Source: Clostridia bacterium (GTDB lineage: Bacteria > Bacillota > Clostridia > Oscillospirales > QAKW01). From it: a stretch of DNA of 64,000 bases. The notes beneath the pieces are model-generated. The model worked only from the letters and a program-made list of their open reading frames with translations. It made no database searches and was not told the DNA's origin. Made by a program: the position numbers and the translations under genes. Of this stretch, positions 52,035 through 61,623 are shown in pieces (positions within the stretch are counted from its first letter, which is position 1; each line of letters begins with the position of its first letter). The stretch is taken from the NCBI GenBank assembly GCA_017560905.1, contig JAFZEA010000015.1, positions 7,177 through 71,176 on the forward strand, written 5' to 3'.

Positions 52035-53140
52035 AACTGAAACAGATTCGTTTGACAAGTTACCGAAATATTCGGAATATGGAGCTAAACTTTGTTCCCG
52101 GAGTGCAGGTCATTACGGGTGAAAATGCGCAAGGTAAGACCAATATTCTGGAAGCCGTGTTTTTAACTTCCACCATGCGTGCCTTTCGCACGGGTAAGGA
52201 AAATATGCTCATCCGTTACGGTGAGCAGAGTGCCGTCATTGAAACCGTATTTGAAAAAAGCGGTAGAGAACAAACGCTTCGCATCGAACTTTTCGATAAA
52301 GAGAGTAAAAAGGTGTGGTTGGACGGCAGACGGTTGCAAAAGACACGGGATGCCATCGGCTTGTTTCAAAGTGTTCTTTTTACACCCGATCATTTAATGA
52401 TGATCAAGGGAGCCCCCGGTGAAAGACGAGAATTTCTTGATATGACGCTTTGTGCCCAGAGCCCGTCATATACGGAAGATCTGTTACAATACAGCAAAGC
52501 TCTCAAAAACCGAAACCGTTTGCTCAAATTTGAGGACGAGGCACTGCTGGCCACTCTTCCCGTATGGGATGAACTGTTGGCAAAATACGGCAGTCGCATT
52601 GCCTTTGCTCGACAGCAATATATAGAACAGCTGACAGAAGTGGCCGCAAAAGAATATGCCGCCATTTCCTCTGACAGAGAGAAAATGAAAATCGTTTATG
52701 TCAGCCCTCTTACAAAAGAAAATCTGACAAAAGAACAATACTATACTGCTATTTTGCAAGCGCTGGAAAAAAATAAAGAAAGCGATCTTGAAAATCAGAG
52801 TACGGGTGTGGGCGTTCACAAAGATGATTTTCTTACACTGCTTGCGGGAAAGAGCGCTAAATTCTACGCTTCGCAGGGACAGATACGCAGTTGTGTACTG
52901 GCCATTAAGATGGCAGAGGCTGCTCTTTTAGAGAAAAACAGCGGACACAAACCGGTCATCTTACTGGATGATATTCTCTCGGAGCTGGACCCCGGCAGGC
53001 AGGAATATATACTGAATAATACACCGGAAAATCAGTGTATTGTGACGGCCTGTGAGCCGGACAAGCTCAAAGAAATATGTGCGGATTGCATATGGATCGA
53101 GGGAGGAGAGAAAAAAGATGTATCTTCATCCGGGCGGTAA
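52031..53140 (+). CDS. recF: DNA replication/repair protein RecF
   Basis: Walker A GENAQGKTNILEA, signature ASQGQIRS and Walker B VILLDDILSELD. Confidence 0.95.
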   Translation: MKLKQIRLTSYRNIRNMELNFVPGVQVITGENAQGKTNILEAVFLTSTMRAFRTGKENMLIRYGEQSAVIETVFEKSGREQTLRIELFDKESKKVWLDGRRLQKTRDAIGLFQSVLFTPDHLMMIKGAPGERREFLDMTLCAQSPSYTEDLLQYSKALKNRNRLLKFEDEALLATLPVWDELLAKYGSRIAFARQQYIEQLTEVAAKEYAAISSDREKMKIVYVSPLTKENLTKEQYYTAILQALEKNKESDLENQSTGVGVHKDDFLTLLAGKSAKFYASQGQIRSCVLAIKMAEAALLEKNSGHKPVILLDDILSELDPGRQEYILNNTPENQCIVTACEPDKLKEICADCIWIEGGEKKDVSSSGR

Positions 53141-53369
53141 TCACGTCATTCGTGCCGATGATATTATCGGTATATTCGACATAGACAAAACTACGGTTTC
53201 CAAGCGGAGTCGTGAGTTTTTAAATAAAAAAGAAAAGCAAAATATAGTGATATTGCTGGATGACGATCTACCCCAGAGTTTTATCGTCACTGCAAAAAAA
53301 GATCGGGAGCGGGTATACCTTTCCCAAATCTCTTCCAAAACATTATACTTGAGACTTTCAGAGGAATAG
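53118..53369 (+). CDS. remB: DUF370 protein (YaaB/RemB-like)
   Basis: 83 aa from ATG 53118 (GGAGGAG upstream): MYLHPGGNHVIRADDIIGIFDID...VYLSQISSKTL. Canonical position between recF and gyrB. Confidence 0.75.
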   Translation: MYLHPGGNHVIRADDIIGIFDIDKTTVSKRSREFLNKKEKQNIVILLDDDLPQSFIVTAKKDRERVYLSQISSKTLYLRLSEE

Positions 53370-53381
53370 GAGGAAAATCTC

Positions 53382-55295
53382 ATGGATCATTTAGAAAACC
53401 AACACGCCTACGACGAAACACAAATACAGGTACTTGAAGGACTGGAAGCTGTTCGTAAAAGACCGGGTATGTATATCGGTTCGACCAGTGAAAAAGGTCT
53501 TCATCATTTGGTATATGAAATCGTCGACAATTCCATCGATGAAGCTATGGCGGGCTATTGCGATCAGATCACGGTACGCATCCTGCCCGGTAATATCATC
53601 GAAGTGTCCGACAACGGACGTGGTATTCCGATCGGTATTCATCCCAAAATGGGCATCCCTGCCGTAGAGGTCGTCTTTACAGTCCTGCACGCAGGCGGTA
53701 AGTTCGGCGGCGGCGGATACAAGGTGTCGGGCGGTCTGCACGGCGTTGGCGCCAGCGTTGTAAACGCGCTGAGTGAGTGGCTGGAGGTCGAGGTTTCCAA
53801 CGGAGAGCACGTTCATTTCCAGCGATATGAGCGTGGTAAGTCCACCGGTCCTCTCAAAGTCATTGACGATACTGCTCAGACCGGTACCAAAGTACGCTTT
53901 TTAGCAGACAGTGAGATCTTTGAAACTCTGGAGTATGAGTACAAGGTACTTTTGCAGCGCCTTAGAGAGCAGGCATTCCTTAACGGCGGTCTGCGCATCG
54001 TCTTTTCCGATGAAAGAGATGCGGAAAATGTTAAAACCACCGACCTTTGCTATGAGGGCGGTATCAAGAGCTTTGTTGAGTGGATCAACAAAAATAAAGA
54101 TCCGTTGCACGAAGATATCATTTATCTCAACGGCAGTAAAAAGACAACGACTGTTGAGATCGGTATGCAGTATTCCACCCAGTATGATACGGTACTTTAT
54201 TCCTTTGCCAATGATATTCGTACTATTGACGGCGGTACACACGAAACAGGCTTTAAAACAGCGCTTACACGTGTTATCAACAACTATGCCATCGCCAAAA
54301 AGATGATCAAGGACACCGAAAAGCTGGACGGTGACGATGTCAGAGAGGGTCTGACTGTCGTTTTGAGCGTCAAGGTGGAAGAGGCAGAGTTTGAGGGACA
54401 GACCAAGACTAAGCTCGGCAACTCTGAGGTTTCGGGTGTTGTCAGCGGTATTATGAATGAGCAGCTGGCTGACTATCTGGAGGAAAATCCCAAGGTTGCC
54501 AAGATCATTATTGAAAAAGCACTGCAGGCGAGAAAGACCCGTGAGGCCGTTCGCCGTGCCAGAGAGACCAGCCGTAAGAGTGCGCTGTCCAGCGGTATGA
54601 GCCTGCCCGGTAAACTGGCCGACTGTCAGATGAGAGATACCGAGATTACCGAGATCTACATCGTAGAGGGTGACTCTGCAGGCGGCTCCGCCAAGCAGGG
54701 CAGAGACCGTCGTTTCCAGGCGATCCTCTCTCTGTGGGGCAAAATGCTCAACGTTGAAAAAGCACGCCTTGATAAAGTTTATGGCAATGATAAACTGATG
54801 CCTGTCATCACAGCTCTCGGTACCAATATCGGTGCAGATTTTAATATTGAAAAGCTGCGCTACGGTAAAGTTATCATTATGGCCGATGCTGACGTTGACG
54901 GTTCTCATATCCGCACGTTGTTGCTGACCTTCTTCTTCCGCTTTATGCGCCCGCTGATTGAGAACGGTCACGTTTATCTTGCTCAGCCTCCGCTTTATAA
55001 GCTGACTAAGGGTAAGAACACCGCCTATGCCTACAGCGATGAAGAAAGAGATCAACTCAGTGAAGAGATGGGCGGTGGCGCATTGATCGCCAGATATAAG
55101 GGTCTTGGTGAAATGAACCCCGATCAGCTCTGGGAAACCACTATGGATCCCAAGAGAAGAACCATCATTCGTGTAACAATGGAAGATGCCGCTGCGGCAG
55201 ACGAGATGTTTACACTCTTGATGGGAGATAAGGTTGAGCCCAGAAGAGAATTTATCGAAACCAATGCACAGTACGTGCAGAATCTGGATATATAA
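53382..55295 (+). CDS. gyrB: DNA gyrase subunit B
   Basis: [35 protein letters not shown] and DADVDGSHI. Confidence 0.97.
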   Translation: MDHLENQHAYDETQIQVLEGLEAVRKRPGMYIGSTSEKGLHHLVYEIVDNSIDEAMAGYCDQITVRILPGNIIEVSDNGRGIPIGIHPKMGIPAVEVVFTVLHAGGKFGGGGYKVSGGLHGVGASVVNALSEWLEVEVSNGEHVHFQRYERGKSTGPLKVIDDTAQTGTKVRFLADSEIFETLEYEYKVLLQRLREQAFLNGGLRIVFSDERDAENVKTTDLCYEGGIKSFVEWINKNKDPLHEDIIYLNGSKKTTTVEIGMQYSTQYDTVLYSFANDIRTIDGGTHETGFKTALTRVINNYAIAKKMIKDTEKLDGDDVREGLTVVLSVKVEEAEFEGQTKTKLGNSEVSGVVSGIMNEQLADYLEENPKVAKIIIEKALQARKTREAVRRARETSRKSALSSGMSLPGKLADCQMRDTEITEIYIVEGDSAGGSAKQGRDRRFQAILSLWGKMLNVEKARLDKVYGNDKLMPVITALGTNIGADFNIEKLRYGKVIIMADADVDGSHIRTLLLTFFFRFMRPLIENGHVYLAQPPLYKLTKGKNTAYAYSDEERDQLSEEMGGGALIARYKGLGEMNPDQLWETTMDPKRRTIIRVTMEDAAAADEMFTLLMGDKVEPRREFIETNAQYVQNLDI

Positions 55296-55307
55296 GGAGG
55301 GGGAGAA

Positions 55308-57857
55308 ATGGCTAAAAAAGCAACACCCAATGATAAAAAAGAGCCCATCAGTTTTGAAGGGCAAACATTGGTGGAACTGGATATTTGTAAAGAAGTCAGA
55401 AAAGCTTTTCTCGACTACTCCATGTCGGTTATCGTCAGCCGTGCTCTGCCGGATGTAAGAGACGGTCTTAAGCCCGTACACAGAAGAATTCTCTATACGA
55501 TGTACGAAGCAGGTCTGACCCACGACAAACCCTACCGTAAATCTGCGACCACCGTCGGTGACGTGTTGGGTAAATATCACCCCCACGGCGACGCTTCCGT
55601 TTATGATGCAATGGTGCGTCTTGCGCAGGACTTTTCGCTGAGATATCCTCTGGTAGAGGGTCAGGGTAACTTTGGTTCCATCGACGGCGATCCGCCGGCC
55701 GCTTACCGTTATACTGAGGCAAGAATGGCACGTATGAGTGCCCATATGCTGACTGATATCAGAAAAAATACCGTTGACTTTATGCCCAACTTTGATGAAA
55801 AGGGACAGGAGCCCACCGTGCTTCCCTCCCGTTTCCCCAATCTCTTGGTTAACGGTTCTTCGGGTATTGCCGTTGGTATGGCGACCGACATTCCGCCCCA
55901 CAATCTTTGTGAGGTCGTTGACGGTGCTATTGCACTGATGGAAGATCCCGACATCACCACTGAGGGACTGATGCAGTATATCAAGGGTCCCGATTTCCCC
56001 ACCGGCGGTATCATTATGGGCCGCAGCGGTATTCGTAAGGCGTATGAAACGGGTCGAGGCAAGATTTATGTCCGCGCCCGCGCCGAGATCGAGGAGGCAG
56101 GCGGCGATCGCTATCGCATCGCTGTCACCGAGATCCCCTATATGGTTCGTAAAGCAGCGCTGATCGAAAAGATTGCAGACGAGGTAAACGGTGAGCGCAT
56201 TGCAGGCATTGCCGATATCCGTGATGAGTCGGATAAGGACGGTCTGAGATTTGTCATCGAGCTTAAGCGTGAGGCAAATCCGCAGGTCGTGCTCAATCAG
56301 CTCTACAAGTTTACCGATATGCAATCTACCTGCTCTATCATTAATTTGGCGCTGGATCACAACATTCCCAAGGTTATGCCGCTGAAAGATATGCTGCAGG
56401 CCTATGTCGAGCATCAAAGAGATGTCATTTGCCGCCGTACCCAGTACGATATTGATAAGGCAAAGGCAAGAGCTCATATCATCGAAGGTCTTTTGAAGGC
56501 GATCGACTATATTGATGAGGTCATTGCGATCATCAAAGCAAGCGCCAATATCGGCGATGCCAAAGCAAAGCTCATTGAGCGCTTTGAACTGACTGAAATA
56601 CAGGCACAGGCCATTGTAGATATGCGTCTGGGTCAGCTGACAGGTCTGGAAAGAGAAAAACTGGAGGAAGAACTCAAGGATCTGCTCTCCAAGATCGCTG
56701 ACTGGGAGGATATCCTTGCCAAGCCTTACAGAGTGATCGAGATCATCAAGACCGATCTTACCGAGATCAAAGAAAAATTCGGTGATGAGAGAAGAACCGA
56801 GATCGCCCAAGGCGAGATCGGCATTGAAGACGAGGATCTTATCCCCGAGGCCCTCTCGGTATTTACGATGACCGAGGCCGGTTATATCAAGCGTATGCCC
56901 ACCTCCGAATATTCCGCTCAGCACAGAGGCGGCAGAGGTGTCAAGGGTATGACCACCAAGGCGGAGGACATCGTCAAAGAAATGTTTGTTGCCTCCTCCC
57001 ATGATCTTTTGTTGTTCTTTACCACCCGTGGCAGAGTGTATAAGATCAAGGGTTATGAGGTCCCCGAGTGTTCTCGTATTGCCAAGGGTACCAATATCGT
57101 TAACCTCCTGCCCGTCGAAAGCGATGAAAAGGTTACCAGTATCGTTCACGTGCCCGGCTTTGATGGTGAGCAATATCTGATGATGTCCACAAAGCTCGGT
57201 GTTGTTAAAAAGACGCATATCAAAGAATATGCCAACATTCGTAAGAGCGGTGTGATCGCCATTATCCTCGATGAGGGAGACGATCTGGCAGACGTTCGTC
57301 TGACCGACGGTGATAAGACTCTGATGCTGGCCACCCACAACGGTAAGGCCATCCGCTTCCACGAAGAGGATGCCCGCCCGATGGGCCGTGTCACCCACGG
57401 TGTCAGAGGCATTAAGCTGGAAAATGATGACTACGTCATTTCTATGGAAGTTGTTGATGAAGATGCGACCTTCCTTACCATTACTGAAAACGGTTACGGT
57501 AAGCGCAGTCGCCCCTCAGAATATAAGATTCAGTCCCGTGGTGGTAAAGGTATTTCCAACTATGCCATCAGCGAGCAGACAGGTCTGGTGGCCGCCGCCA
57601 AGTTTGTTAAGAATGAGGACGATATCCTGCTGATGACTTCTCAGGGTGTCATTATGCGTACTTCTGTGGCAGAGATCAACATTCTGGGCAGAAGCACCAA
57701 GGGTGTTATTGTCACCCGACTGCCCGAAAATGTCAAGGTCATCGGAGTTTCTCGTGTGGATACCGAACAGGAAACAAAGGCGGCAGACAATGCCCAAGCC
57801 ACCACCGAAGAAGAGACCGTCACCCTTCCCACCTTAGAAGAAATCACAGAAGAATAA
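55308..57857 (+). CDS. gyrA: DNA gyrase subunit A
   Basis: [33 protein letters not shown], active-site [10 protein letters not shown], and a C-terminal beta-pinwheel with a GyrA-box-like [10 protein letters not shown]. Confidence 0.97.
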   Translation: MAKKATPNDKKEPISFEGQTLVELDICKEVRKAFLDYSMSVIVSRALPDVRDGLKPVHRRILYTMYEAGLTHDKPYRKSATTVGDVLGKYHPHGDASVYDAMVRLAQDFSLRYPLVEGQGNFGSIDGDPPAAYRYTEARMARMSAHMLTDIRKNTVDFMPNFDEKGQEPTVLPSRFPNLLVNGSSGIAVGMATDIPPHNLCEVVDGAIALMEDPDITTEGLMQYIKGPDFPTGGIIMGRSGIRKAYETGRGKIYVRARAEIEEAGGDRYRIAVTEIPYMVRKAALIEKIADEVNGERIAGIADIRDESDKDGLRFVIELKREANPQVVLNQLYKFTDMQSTCSIINLALDHNIPKVMPLKDMLQAYVEHQRDVICRRTQYDIDKAKARAHIIEGLLKAIDYIDEVIAIIKASANIGDAKAKLIERFELTEIQAQAIVDMRLGQLTGLEREKLEEELKDLLSKIADWEDILAKPYRVIEIIKTDLTEIKEKFGDERRTEIAQGEIGIEDEDLIPEALSVFTMTEAGYIKRMPTSEYSAQHRGGRGVKGMTTKAEDIVKEMFVASSHDLLLFFTTRGRVYKIKGYEVPECSRIAKGTNIVNLLPVESDEKVTSIVHVPGFDGEQYLMMSTKLGVVKKTHIKEYANIRKSGVIAIILDEGDDLADVRLTDGDKTLMLATHNGKAIRFHEEDARPMGRVTHGVRGIKLENDDYVISMEVVDEDATFLTITENGYGKRSRPSEYKIQSRGGKGISNYAISEQTGLVAAAKFVKNEDDILLMTSQGVIMRTSVAEINILGRSTKGVIVTRLPENVKVIGVSRVDTEQETKAADNAQATTEEETVTLPTLEEITEE

Positions 57858-57864
57858 ACGAAAA

Positions 57865-57902
57865 ATATGCCTTGAAGAAATTCTTCAAGGCATATTTTTA
57901 TA
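57865..57902 (+). terminator. Terminator after gyrA
   Basis: ATATGCCTTGAAGAA-a-TTCTTCAAGGCATAT, a 15-bp stem, followed by TTTTTAT. Confidence 0.85.
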
Positions 57903-58028
57903 AATTTTTTCGGTAAGCATCTTTAAATAGACTGACCGTTTACTCAGCGATCCGCGCACGTCAAACATATATACAGTCGCTCCCTCAAAAGTATTGAGTG
58001 AAAATTTAAATTAAGAGTTTCGCAGGCG

Positions 58029-58142
58029 TTATGCCTGATAGTGGCGGGTATTTCGTTTTTCTTTGCGGCTTTCCAGCAGGCACTCCACTGCAAAATAAAG
58101 ACCAAAGCAGCCTGCATAACCTAAAATTCCAAAAATATTCAT
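58029..58142 (-). CDS. Unannotated 37-aa hydrophobic/basic small protein
   Basis: Below the ORF-track size cutoff. AAGGAGGA lies 8 nt before ATG 58142. MNIFGILGYAGCFGLYFAVECLLESRKEKRNTRHYQA* has one TM-length hydrophobic segment and a basic tail. Confidence 0.5.
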   Translation of the reverse strand: MNIFGILGYAGCFGLYFAVECLLESRKEKRNTRHYQA

Positions 58143-58312
58143 ATTTTTGTCCTCCTTTTGTTTTCTGATATCAGTATATCAACCGATATGTACCAAAAAA
58201 CGGACAGAAATGACAAACTTAATAGAATATTTATATTCTGATTACACAATACGGTAGATTTTTCTGCTAAAAAGAAGTATGATATAGTAAAGAATGTTTA
58301 CGGAGGATAAGT

Positions 58313-58987
58313 ATGATGGAAACAGAACTGAAGTTTACCCAAGAACAGGGAGAGTGGCTGGAAGATAATCTATCGTCCTTCAGAGAACTGATGGCATATT
58401 ACCGCTGTGCTATGATGGAGATGGAAACCAAGTTTAACGTGCTTAATGAGGAGCTGTCATTGGAATATGACCGAAATCCCATAGAAACGGTCAAGGTACG
58501 GCTGAAAAATTTCCGCAGCATTATGGACAAACTGCAACGCAGGGAGTTGCCTCTCAGTATAAAGTCCATTGAGCAAAATATTTTTGATATTGCCGGTATT
58601 CGGGTGATCTGTTCATTTCCGGAAGATATCTATATGCTGGCAGAGAGTGTGCTGCGGCAAGACGACGTTGTTCTGGTAGAAAAAAAGGATTATATTGCCC
58701 ATCCCAAGCCCAATGGTTACCGCTCCTTGCATCTGATCTTGGAAATTCCCATTTTCTTACATAAAGAAAAAAGGATGATGAAGGTCGAGGTACAACTGCG
58801 TACCATCGCAATGGATTGGTGGGCCTCTCTGGAACACAAGATCCGCTACAAAAAAGGTCTGCCCGAACACGAGAAAATCTTTGCTGAACTCAAAGAATGC
58901 GCAGAGATCAGTATGGAGCTTGATTACCGAATGGATGCTATCCGTAAAAAAATCGAGCAAACCGCAGGCGTGGAATTTATGGTATAA
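58313..58987 (+). CDS. Small alarmone synthetase (RelQ/RelP-type GTP pyrophosphokinase)
   Basis: RelA_SpoT synthetase motifs DIAGIRVICSF, NGYRSLHLIL and EVQLRTIAMDWWASLEHKIRYK. At 224 aa it has no hydrolase domain. Confidence 0.9.
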   Translation: MMETELKFTQEQGEWLEDNLSSFRELMAYYRCAMMEMETKFNVLNEELSLEYDRNPIETVKVRLKNFRSIMDKLQRRELPLSIKSIEQNIFDIAGIRVICSFPEDIYMLAESVLRQDDVVLVEKKDYIAHPKPNGYRSLHLILEIPIFLHKEKRMMKVEVQLRTIAMDWWASLEHKIRYKKGLPEHEKIFAELKECAEISMELDYRMDAIRKKIEQTAGVEFMV

Positions 58988-59072
58988 TAGTTCAAAAATG
59001 ATCGTTGTGATCGGTTTAATTGTACAACAATCATAAAACAACATATATTTACAAAACAATGTTCGTTTTGAG

Positions 59073-59101
59073 TTGACCTTTCTTCGTTTGTTTGATACTA
59101 T
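59073..59101 (+). promoter_or_regulatory. Candidate promoter in front of the OCD remnant
   Basis: TTGACC (59073-59078), a 17-nt spacer and TACTAT (59096-59101). AAGGAG lies before ATG 59138. Confidence 0.45.
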
Positions 59102-59137
59102 GTCATCGTTAACAAAATGGCATTAAGGAGAAAAAAC

Positions 59138-59349
59138 ATGAAAGATTTAAGCTCAAGTTTTTGCTCCAGGAGGATATTCTGGCGCTGAATATCCTGTATG
59201 AAGAAGTTATTGAAGTGGTTGAGAATGCTATGGCCGCTTTCGGCAGAGGTGACGGTCAGATCCTCGGTAATCTGATCCTCACGTATGCCAATGAAAAGAA
59301 CATCGGCACTGAGCTGTCCTTTATGAAAGAGGCAGATATTATTTTCTAA
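59138..59349 (+). pseudogene. Truncated, frameshifted N-terminal remnant of an ornithine cyclodeaminase/mu-crystallin-family gene
   Basis: ATG 59138 (MKDL..) is out of frame by one base with ...KLKFLLQEDILALNILYEEVIEVVENAMAAFGRGDGQ.... That sequence resembles the OCD/mu-crystallin N-terminus. The ORF ends after about 70 codons, and two terminators follow. Confidence 0.4.
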
Positions 59350-59360
59350 CATATGCTCTT

Positions 59361-59396
59361 GGCCAAGTATCCTTACGGGTACTTGGCCGGTTTTAT
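59361..59396 (+). terminator. Hairpin terminator 1 after the OCD remnant
   Basis: GGCCAAGTA-tccttacggg-TACTTGGCC followed by GGTTTTATT. Confidence 0.6.
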
Positions 59397-59405
59397 TCGC
59401 CGTGT

Positions 59406-59444
59406 AAAGCCGTTGTACTCCAAATCAGTACAACGGCTTTTTTA
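59406..59444 (+). terminator. Hairpin terminator 2
   Basis: AAAGCCGTTGTACT-ccaaatc-AGTACAACGGCTTT followed by TTTT. It overlaps the stop codon of the convergent DUF1273 gene. Confidence 0.7.
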
Positions 59445-59867
59445 TAAGGAAATAACGATTTTTCCTTTTCTTTCTGCCATTTCTTTAAATTTTGAGGAGT
59501 CTCCAAAAGTGTGGCGAACATATGTTATAACATAATCTGCTTTTTCAATCATCCAATAATTTCGGTGAACTATGGCATATTTGAGCGGAACGGTTTCCAA
59601 CCCGTCAGGATATATAGTGTCAGAGAAATCCGTATATTTGTCACTGTTATTTGGTCGATACGCAAGAACAACTGCATAATCAATATGCGGATAAACTGTT
59701 TTAAATTGTTTTAATAGCCTGTGAACCATAGAATCGAAATATCCGTGATTTCCAACATAAAACATAGTTACTTTCTGTGTTTCTATGAGTTCTATCAAGG
59801 CAGATTTCAAGGCTGGTTCTATCTGGCAAGGCGCATCCTTGTGTCCGAAAAAAGTACAAACTCGCAT
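59442..59867 (-). CDS. SLOG-superfamily DUF1273/YpsA-like protein
   Basis: 141 aa. MRVCTFFGHKD...FYVGNHGYFDSMVHRLLKQFKTVYPHIDYAVVLAY...RNYWMIEKADYVITYV follows the DUF1273 pattern (C.FTGHR...G...G.D......l....yp.i.l..v.p....RN..mvd.sD.vi.v). Confidence 0.65.
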   Translation of the reverse strand: MRVCTFFGHKDAPCQIEPALKSALIELIETQKVTMFYVGNHGYFDSMVHRLLKQFKTVYPHIDYAVVLAYRPNNSDKYTDFSDTIYPDGLETVPLKYAIVHRNYWMIEKADYVITYVRHTFGDSSKFKEMAERKGKIVISL

Positions 59868-59881
59868 ATAGTATCTCCTAT

Positions 59882-59926
59882 ATATGGGGGTTATATCCCC
59901 TTAATATCTGAGATTATAACCCCCAT
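59882..59926. promoter_or_regulatory. 13-bp perfect inverted repeat (candidate operator) between the DUF1273 and XRE genes
   Basis: TATGGGGGTTATA (59882-59894) and TATAACCCCCATA (59914-59926), separated by 19 nt, in the 86-bp divergent spacer. Confidence 0.55.
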
Positions 59927-59953
59927 AATAAAGAATGTCAAGGAGGGGTTAGC

Positions 59954-60157
59954 GTGATCGTATTTGATAGGCTGTGGGTCACTATGGAGAAAAAGGGTGT
60001 ATCTACCTATATGCTGCGGGAAAAGTGCGGCATTGACAGTAAGACCGTTCGCCGTCTGCGAGCAAATGAGAATATAGAGGTAAAGACACTCGACAAGCTC
60101 TGTCGTGCGCTGCAATGTAATGTTGAAGATATTATGCAGTTTGTAGACGAAGAATAA
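59954..60157 (+). CDS. Small XRE/Cro-type HTH protein
   Basis: 67 aa, GTG start after AAGGAGGGG. FDRLWVTMEKKGVSTYMLREKCGIDSKTVRRLRANENIEVKTLDKLCRALQCNVEDIMQF is a typical short HTH_26-like protein. Confidence 0.75.
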   Translation: MIVFDRLWVTMEKKGVSTYMLREKCGIDSKTVRRLRANENIEVKTLDKLCRALQCNVEDIMQFVDEE

Positions 60158-60197
60158 AAAAGATCGTTGCTTTTATTTGAAGCAACGATCTTTTTTT
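60156..60197. terminator. Bidirectional terminator
   Basis: aaaaa-AGATCGTTGCTT-ttatttg-AAGCAACGATCT-ttttttt. Confidence 0.85.
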
Positions 60198-60220
60198 CTA
60201 TATATTGGGCACAGCTCAAT

Positions 60221-60306
60221 GCGATATATTTGCTTTGGCAAATACGATATACCCTCTCTTGGTTTGGGTGCGATATGATATCAATCCCTCAAGGGATTTA
60301 TATCGC
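60221..60306. repeat. Second mini-hairpin array with GCGATAT/ATATCGC spacers
   Basis: GCGATATA|tttgc-tttg-gcaaa|TACGATATA|ccc-tctcttggttt-ggg|tGCGATATGATATC|aatccc-tcaa-gggatt|TATATCGC. It abuts the stop codon of the ArsB/NhaD-family gene. Confidence 0.45.
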
Positions 60307-61589
60307 TACATACCGTAGAACAGCCAAAGGTAAATGTAGGCAGGAACGATGGCGGCGAGGGTAAAGGGAATACCGATCTTGAAAAAGTCACCGTTTTTGA
60401 CCGTGTAGCCCTCGCGGCGCAATATGCCGATACCGGTAATGTTAGCAGAAGCACCGATGGGAGTACAGTTACCACCCAGCGTGGCACCGCTCAGCAGACC
60501 GAAGTACAGCACGGTAGGATCGTCCATACCCATAGCAGGTGCCAGTGCGGCGATAACGGGGATCATAGTGGCAACATAAGGAATGTTGTCGATAAAGGCC
60601 GAGATCACTACACTTGCCCATACAATGATGGTGTACATCAGGAAGGGACTGTCACCCCCTGCGGCGGCCAGCAGATTGGCAAGGGACTTGATGACGCCCT
60701 GTTCATCGATTGCGGCGATCATTAAGAATAAACCGAGCAACAGACCGATGGTTTCAAAGTCGATCTCCTTAAGGGGAGAAATAATGGCCGAGAAGGTCTT
60801 TTTGCGGAAAAAGTTATAGATCAGTCCGATGACCATCAGCGCACAGCATATGTAGCCGTTTGTTTCGGCAGGCTTGTTGGGAATAAAGGATGCACAAATC
60901 AAAAGAACAATAGTGCCGACCAACAAAACCGTGGGCACGTAATCGGTGACTTTAGTGCGCGTGGTGGCCTTGGGAATGGGCGCCTTTTCCTTGCGGAAGA
61001 GAAACAAGAGGATCAAGGCGCTCAACACGGCGCCGAGCTCAACGGCAAAGAACATACCCGGCTTTCCCTGATACCAGAAGAAGTCCAGAAAGCTCATATC
61101 CAGTGCGCTGCCCAACATAATGGCGGTAGTGTCACCAACCAGTGTGGCGGCACCCTGCAAGTTGGAGGACACAGCGATGGCGATAATAAAGGGGACAGGA
61201 TTGGTCTTGAGCTTTTTGCTGATCTCCAGCGCCACGGGAGCGATCATCAGCACAGTGGCAACATTATCTACAAAAGCGGAGATAACACCTGCAAACAGCG
61301 CCAGAGAGACCGCAGCCCATTTGACATTGGGTACTTTTTCCATAATAAGATCGGCCAAAAGTTCGGGCATTTTGCTCTCAATAAAGAGCGCTACCAGACC
61401 CATTGTGCCGGCAATCATCAGCAATACGTTAAAGTCGATTGCACCGAAGATTTTTCCCAGCGGCAACATACCTGTCAGAATAAAGATGACTGCACCGCTC
61501 AGTGCAATATAGGGGCGGTACTTGCTGAAGGTCAGCATAAGTACATATGTAATAGCAAAGAGGATGATGGCAGGGAGCATTCCGGTCAT
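60306..61589 (-). CDS. ArsB/NhaD-superfamily anion/cation permease (CitMHS/SLC13-like)
   Basis: 427 aa with about 10-12 TM segments. N-terminus MTGMLPAIILFAITYVLMLTFSKYRPYIALSGAVIFILTG..., FVDNVATVLMIAPV and the repeated half FIDNIPYVATMIPV are typical of this superfamily. Confidence 0.7.
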   Translation of the reverse strand: MTGMLPAIILFAITYVLMLTFSKYRPYIALSGAVIFILTGMLPLGKIFGAIDFNVLLMIAGTMGLVALFIESKMPELLADLIMEKVPNVKWAAVSLALFAGVISAFVDNVATVLMIAPVALEISKKLKTNPVPFIIAIAVSSNLQGAATLVGDTTAIMLGSALDMSFLDFFWYQGKPGMFFAVELGAVLSALILLFLFRKEKAPIPKATTRTKVTDYVPTVLLVGTIVLLICASFIPNKPAETNGYICCALMVIGLIYNFFRKKTFSAIISPLKEIDFETIGLLLGLFLMIAAIDEQGVIKSLANLLAAAGGDSPFLMYTIIVWASVVISAFIDNIPYVATMIPVIAALAPAMGMDDPTVLYFGLLSGATLGGNCTPIGASANITGIGILRREGYTVKNGDFFKIGIPFTLAAIVPAYIYLWLFYGM

Positions 61590-61623
61590 ATCAGATTTTC
61601 TCCCACAGGTTTAATAACGTCGC

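Noticed and set aside
53901-57398. 1165-aa minus-strand ORF spanning the gyrB-gyrA junction
   Set aside because: It is a shadow frame of two unmistakable housekeeping genes and even bridges their intergenic spacer. It has no recognisable domains. It arises from the same codon-bias artefact as above.
59000-60310. Possible prophage/ICE or toxin-antitoxin locus (DUF1273 + XRE)
   Set aside because: There is no integrase, transposase, recombinase, att-like direct repeats or phage structural genes in the window. The two genes are divergent rather than co-transcribed, which argues against a classical TA pair. I kept it only as a relic-islet observation.
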